DNA of 53,369 bases, filler included, from Jimgerdemannia flammicorona (taxonomy: Eukaryota), in assembly GCA_003990765.1 (NCBI GenBank). It is 3 parts of 3 records of this genome, joined end to end, with 100 filler letters (N's around TTAATTAATTAA, not from the genome) between each part and the next. Parts side by side here need not be neighbours in the genome. Positions count along the whole stretch, not along the records: positions 35,647 to 53,369 come from RBNJ01002439.1; 2 more parts are not named here. One strand, 5' to 3'. Below are positions 48,558-53,369 of the stretch, piece by piece (within the stretch, counting starts at the first letter, position 1; every line of letters begins with the position of its first letter). Made by a program: the position numbers and the translations under genes. Under the pieces are notes generated by a model that worked only from the letters and a program-made list of their open reading frames with translations, had not been told where the DNA came from and did no database searches.

Positions 48558-50411
48558 ATAATATATAGACCAGACTTGTCTATTTATTAGGACTAGATTA
48601 TCAGACCAATACTATGAGAGTATATCTATATATTGAATCCAATAATACTGAGACTGAATAATATAATCTCTCTAACTCTAAATAAAAGTTAAAGATAAAC
48701 AAAAAACCCTCTAATTAAAAAATAAGAAGTAAAACAGATTTATAGTAGATGAGTAAAGAACTTATATATAGAACTATCTCAAAAGAACTAGTATATAAAC
48801 TAAGATCTAAAAAGACTCCAATCTTACTTTTTAAATCTATAGGCCTCAATTATATTACTATATTAGCTCTCAGTTCTAGTCAGATACTGCTAAATAAGGA
48901 AGATTCCACCTCTCAAGTCTGTAGGCCTCAATTATATTACTATATTAGTTCCTAATTCTAGTTAGATATAGTTAGAATATTGACTACTATATTATCTTAT
49001 CACCTACTAGTCAATCAAAAGATCTCATTAAGATAATATTACTATAATATCAATAACTACTCTCAGCTTAGTATCTAACTAGTTTATCATTATCATTCTT
49101 TCTTCTATCTGTGATAGTCATCTCTCTTTCTAACCTGACTCACTCAAAAAATAGTTACTTATATTAGAACTATACTTACTGGAAAGCTTGCTAAAGCTTA
49201 CTATAAATACTAACAATCTATAGATAATCTATATTAGTACTTAATATCTAAGATCAGCTAACTCTCTATATAGTTTATGATATATCACAACAATATCTTA
49301 TTAATGATAGCAAAAGAAAGAAAGTACTATATCAAAATAAGTATATCTCAAATATAGTCAGAGGTACTAGAAACTGTAAAAAAGTAGAGAAAGTACTAAT
49401 CTGATACTGATAAAGAGACAACATATCACTATTATCTCTTTTTTACTATCTTATAATAGATACAGAAAATAAATCTGAGATAGAGGAGGTAAAAGTTAAG
49501 AAAAGGAGACTCAGAAGATTACTTACCAAAATCTTATAACTAGTATAATAGTAGAGAAAGAGACTAATTTTACAATCTACTATATATAGATTACTAAAAT
49601 CAATATAATATATAACAGTGAGCTTAGCCAATAAATAAGACTTGATAAAAGATGATAAGAACATTAGAAAGTAATATATAAATTTGAAATAAATATTATT
49701 ATTAATGTAAATTTTTATGAAAAGATATACTGTAGAATTACAAGAGCTTGTAAGAGAGTTATACCAGACTTAATCTTATCTCTAGCAGTTTAACTATCAC
49801 TATAGCATTTTCTCAAAAAGAATGCCAATATTTTAATATAATAAAATAGAGAGCATAAGAGGATATATATCTGAGAGTCAAAGATAGAGTTAGACTATAG
49901 TAGTAGAAGTCAGAGATCTGATCATATTATCAAGTTTTAGTTATATTATCAAGTTTGATATTATGAAATTGATATATTCTAATAATATTTAGCTTTCTAA
50001 TAATCAAATTTTATACTGATATTTCTGAAGACTACTATATACTATATTGCAAAGTTCTGGAGACTACTATATATTATAATATATATATAATATATAGAGG
50101 ATATCTGAAGTCAATTAAATAAAATAAGTATATCTATTATTATAGTAATTAAAAAGATATTTCTCAAAGCTATAAATATATATATATATTCTATAGAATA
50201 TTGCTTAGAATAAAAGAACTATCAAAGTATAGAATAAAATAAATATTATATAAATATTATATAAGATATGTATCTATTTAGTCTGATATATAACTTAGTA
50301 GAATAGATATTAGAGAAAGAGAGAGCAAATAAGTATTTGTTTATTATTTCAAATAATATATATTTATACATTAAGTAATATAACTCAAAGATGATATAGT
50401 TACATATATAT

Positions 50412-52845
50412 TATAACAGTGATCTCAGAATGATGATATCAGTATAAGAGATAGCCTTTTCTTGTAAGCCACTAGATCAGAACACAAGAAGATCATATGG
50501 CATAACTCAGGCTATGAGATAAGTAATGATGACCAACTGTAAGTCATTGTGACCACAGTTCAGATATCTTGAGGAATATAAAAGAAGAATCAAGAAACTG
50601 TAGTAGCAGTAACTCAATAAGATCCACTAATCTTAAAATAGCTCAAAGACTTACTATAAACAAAATGCCTGCTGCTTGCCAAACCTCAAGGTCAAGGAAC
50701 TACCAAGGTACCTCAGTCAAAGAAAGAATGTTCCAAGATATCAGAAGAGCCATGAGGACCTGTACAAGAAGAACTCCTAGCCTCAACCTGGATATTATGG
50801 ATCCTTATCACTTTATCCTCTACTGCTGTGAAATGGAAACAAGGATCACTATTGTACCAAATGCCTCCAAATGTGGCAGGAGTATGAAATAGGAAACCTT
50901 CTCTGCCAGGAGTTCCCATAGGCCAGCCCTCAAGAGTTACAAGATACCACTCCTATAGATATATAAAATAAGGACAGCTAAGAAAATTCATCAGATCTTC
51001 AGACATGTACCATAGTTGATCCTCAACTTGGAGTATGTTAGAGTCTCAGATTTCAGAGATCTGTCAGCCTACTGTATCAATACACTGAAAGCCAGAGTGG
51101 CTACAGAAGCCCAGTCCACTATTAACCTCAATAGTGATGAAGTAGAAGACTTCTGGTATCTCATTCTCCAGGACAACCCAGATCAATTCTTGTAAAGATT
51201 AATCTCAGTATTCCAAGACCCAAGCATCCAGATTAGATCTCCCCAAGACCCCACATTTGTTCCCTATTTTGTAGAAGAGAATCTCATAGACTAGAGAGCC
51301 CCAGATCTCCTTGTTTCTGCTATCACCAAATGTGATGATGTCATTGGCAATGACATCATCCCACATAGTGCTCCCAAATGAGTCAAATCAATTCAAATTG
51401 AATCGAATTGAGGGTTAAATGAGTCAAATCGAATTGGAGATTTTTCAATTTGAATCAATTTGAATCAAATCAAAAGTCGAATCGAATTGAGGGTCTGATT
51501 CGAACCCTAATTTTCAAAATGCAATAACTCAGCGTAAACTCATCCAAATCTAACATACTTTAGCTTGTTAGAATCACATTAATACGGTGAATCTAATAAG
51601 CTAAAATATATTAAATTTGGATGAGTTTTCGTCGTGTTATTATATTTTAAAAATTAAGGTTTGAATCGAACTTCGAATTGAATTGGACCTTTGATTTGAT
51701 TCAAATCGAATTGAATTGGACCCTTGATTCGATCGAATCGAATCGAGTTTGGGCCAAATTCGATTCGATTCGGTTCGTTGGGAGCACTAATCCCACAAAA
51801 TATATATGAAGTATACAAAACATATGACCTATGCAATGAGACTAAAATGTTTATGGACCTCATCTCCTTTGAGGACAGCAATGACAAGGATGAAGCCCCC
51901 ATAGTCCTGAACATTCTGCTCTAAGTCTCTTAGTTACACTGAATTATGTCAGTATCTTTTTTCTGTATAACAGTTATTCCTCCAACAGTATTCTGATCTT
52001 GTGACTCAGAATTATTCTAGTATCATTTTCCTATATCACTGAAATTATAGCAGTATCCTGAACCTGTGTAACCATCTGTGCCAACCTTGGAACTTGGCAG
52101 TTTTCTATGTTCTAGCATTTTATTTGGTTATTGAAATTTATATTTAGTTTTATATCTTAGCAAATATTGAATTATATTTTATATAAATATTCTTCTTATT
52201 TTCTCTGAAATAAAGTCAGTTCTGATTCACTTATATATAATTCTTTGCAAGCAATCTAAAAGATAACAAGATAGTTTAAAGATAAGAAGTTTGAGAACTA
52301 TAAGACTTTAGAAAGATACTTCAATAAAAACTTGCTTATAACAAACTTGAGTTAGTCTAAGAGATATATCTTGAGAATCTGATATATTTGAAGGACTCAG
52401 CAACTACTATATGACAACTTGGTACCCATTGGCTGGTGATTCAAGATGAATCCCTCACTTTCAAGCTGAAAAACAAACAACCTCCACAATAACTACCCTG
52501 ACTACAAGAGTTACCCCTGCAAGAATTCAAGATAAGATGGAAATACATTTCCTTACATTCTATAGATATACTACTAAAGAGTCAATCCTGATCTTCATTG
52601 AAGACTTTGAACAATTTGCTGCTATATGAGCACTCAACATGAATGCACAATTGGCCCTTCTATCAGTCAGCCTCAGAGGACCTACCAGAGATAAGTTCAA
52701 TACAGCTACCATTGCTGATACTGGTGTAGCCAAACTTGTCAACATGAAGGCCTTTCTCAGAACAACATACTATACTAAAGATATTAAACAAGCTCTCAAG
52801 GATCAACTCAATACTATTTGCCAGAAACTTAGTAAAGATTCCAAC
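50412..52845 (+). mobile_element. Second internal-domain-bearing gypsy family A copy: 5' LTR (50412-52416), PBS and start of gag
   Basis: Preceded by ATAT; matches 21519-23600; interrupted by a MITE at 51366 and a hAT end at 52846. Confidence 0.92.
51366..51789 (+). mobile_element. hAT-type MITE, 424 bp
   Basis: Perfect TIR TAGTGCTCCCAA/TTGGGAGCACTA; 8-bp TSD ATCCCACA (51358-51365, 51790-51797). Confidence 0.96.
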
Positions 52846-53296
52846 TAGTGCTCTGAATGAGTCAATTTGAATCAAATCCAGATTTGATTCATCACATGAT
52901 GGTTTGATCTGAATCTCAAATCTGAAGTCATCTGAATCAACTTAGATTAATCTGAATCACTCCATCTAAATTACCCCATCTGAATCACTTATCCAAATTG
53001 TCTCATCCAAACTACCACATCTGAATCACTCAATCTGAATTACTCAATTAGAATCACTCAATCTGAATCACTTAATCTGAATCACTCAATCTAAATCCTT
53101 CAATTTGAATCCTCTAATTCAAAACCTCTAATTCAAATCCTTCAATCTGAATCCTCATCTGAATCCTTTAACTGAATCCTCCAATCTGAATTCTCTATAT
53201 AACTCATATACTAGATATATCCACATACATAATACATACACATATAAACATATGCATATATATATAAACATACAAACACACATGTTGACAGATCAG

Positions 53297-53298
<2 letters not shown>
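52846..53298. mobile_element. Terminus of another hAT-type element with ATCTGAATC-containing subterminal repeats, inserted in gag
   Basis: Starts TAGTGCTCTGAATGAGTCAA exactly where gag similarity stops; tandem units of about 15 bp at 52930-53195. Confidence 0.75.

Positions 53299-53369
<71 letters not shown>

Larger units (their letters stand above)
40478..49440 (-). mobile_element. Decayed non-LTR retroposon related to 11020-12210, split by hAT and solo-LTR insertions (5' limit approximate)
   Basis: T-run then GATTTTTATTG...CTAGACTATATAGG as at 11050-11090; similar sequence resumes at 46547 and about 48560. Confidence 0.55.

Overview
Eukaryotic, intron-containing, transposon-saturated DNA, most likely from an early-diverging fungus (Mucoromycota/Endogonales-like; the taxon is inferred, not shown). 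The window is three separate 17,723-bp contigs joined by artificial N44-TTAATTAATTAA-N44 linkers (17724-17823, 35547-35646). Contig 1 holds a hAT-type end with a 33-bp tandem array, two decayed L1/Tx1-like LINEs, a nearly intact endonuclease-less Penelope-like element (PLE) and a truncated dUTPase-carrying Ty3/gypsy. The PLE has zinc-finger ORF1, RT ORF2, direct plus inverted pseudo-LTRs, and is flanked by an exact 880-bp target duplication. Contig 2 holds a full-length dUTPase-carrying Ty3/gypsy with two accessory ORFs after pol (one wholly inside the LTR), nested in an old non-autonomous LTR element, plus a Tc1 carrying a hAT MITE. Contig 3 holds the only clear host genes, a divergently transcribed RING-finger gene and a calmodulin-like gene, followed by nested LINE, hAT and solo-LTR relics. 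One of these is a second LTR family whose LTR encodes a related accessory ORF. Repeats show heavy C-to-T/G-to-A decay while genes remain CpG-rich.
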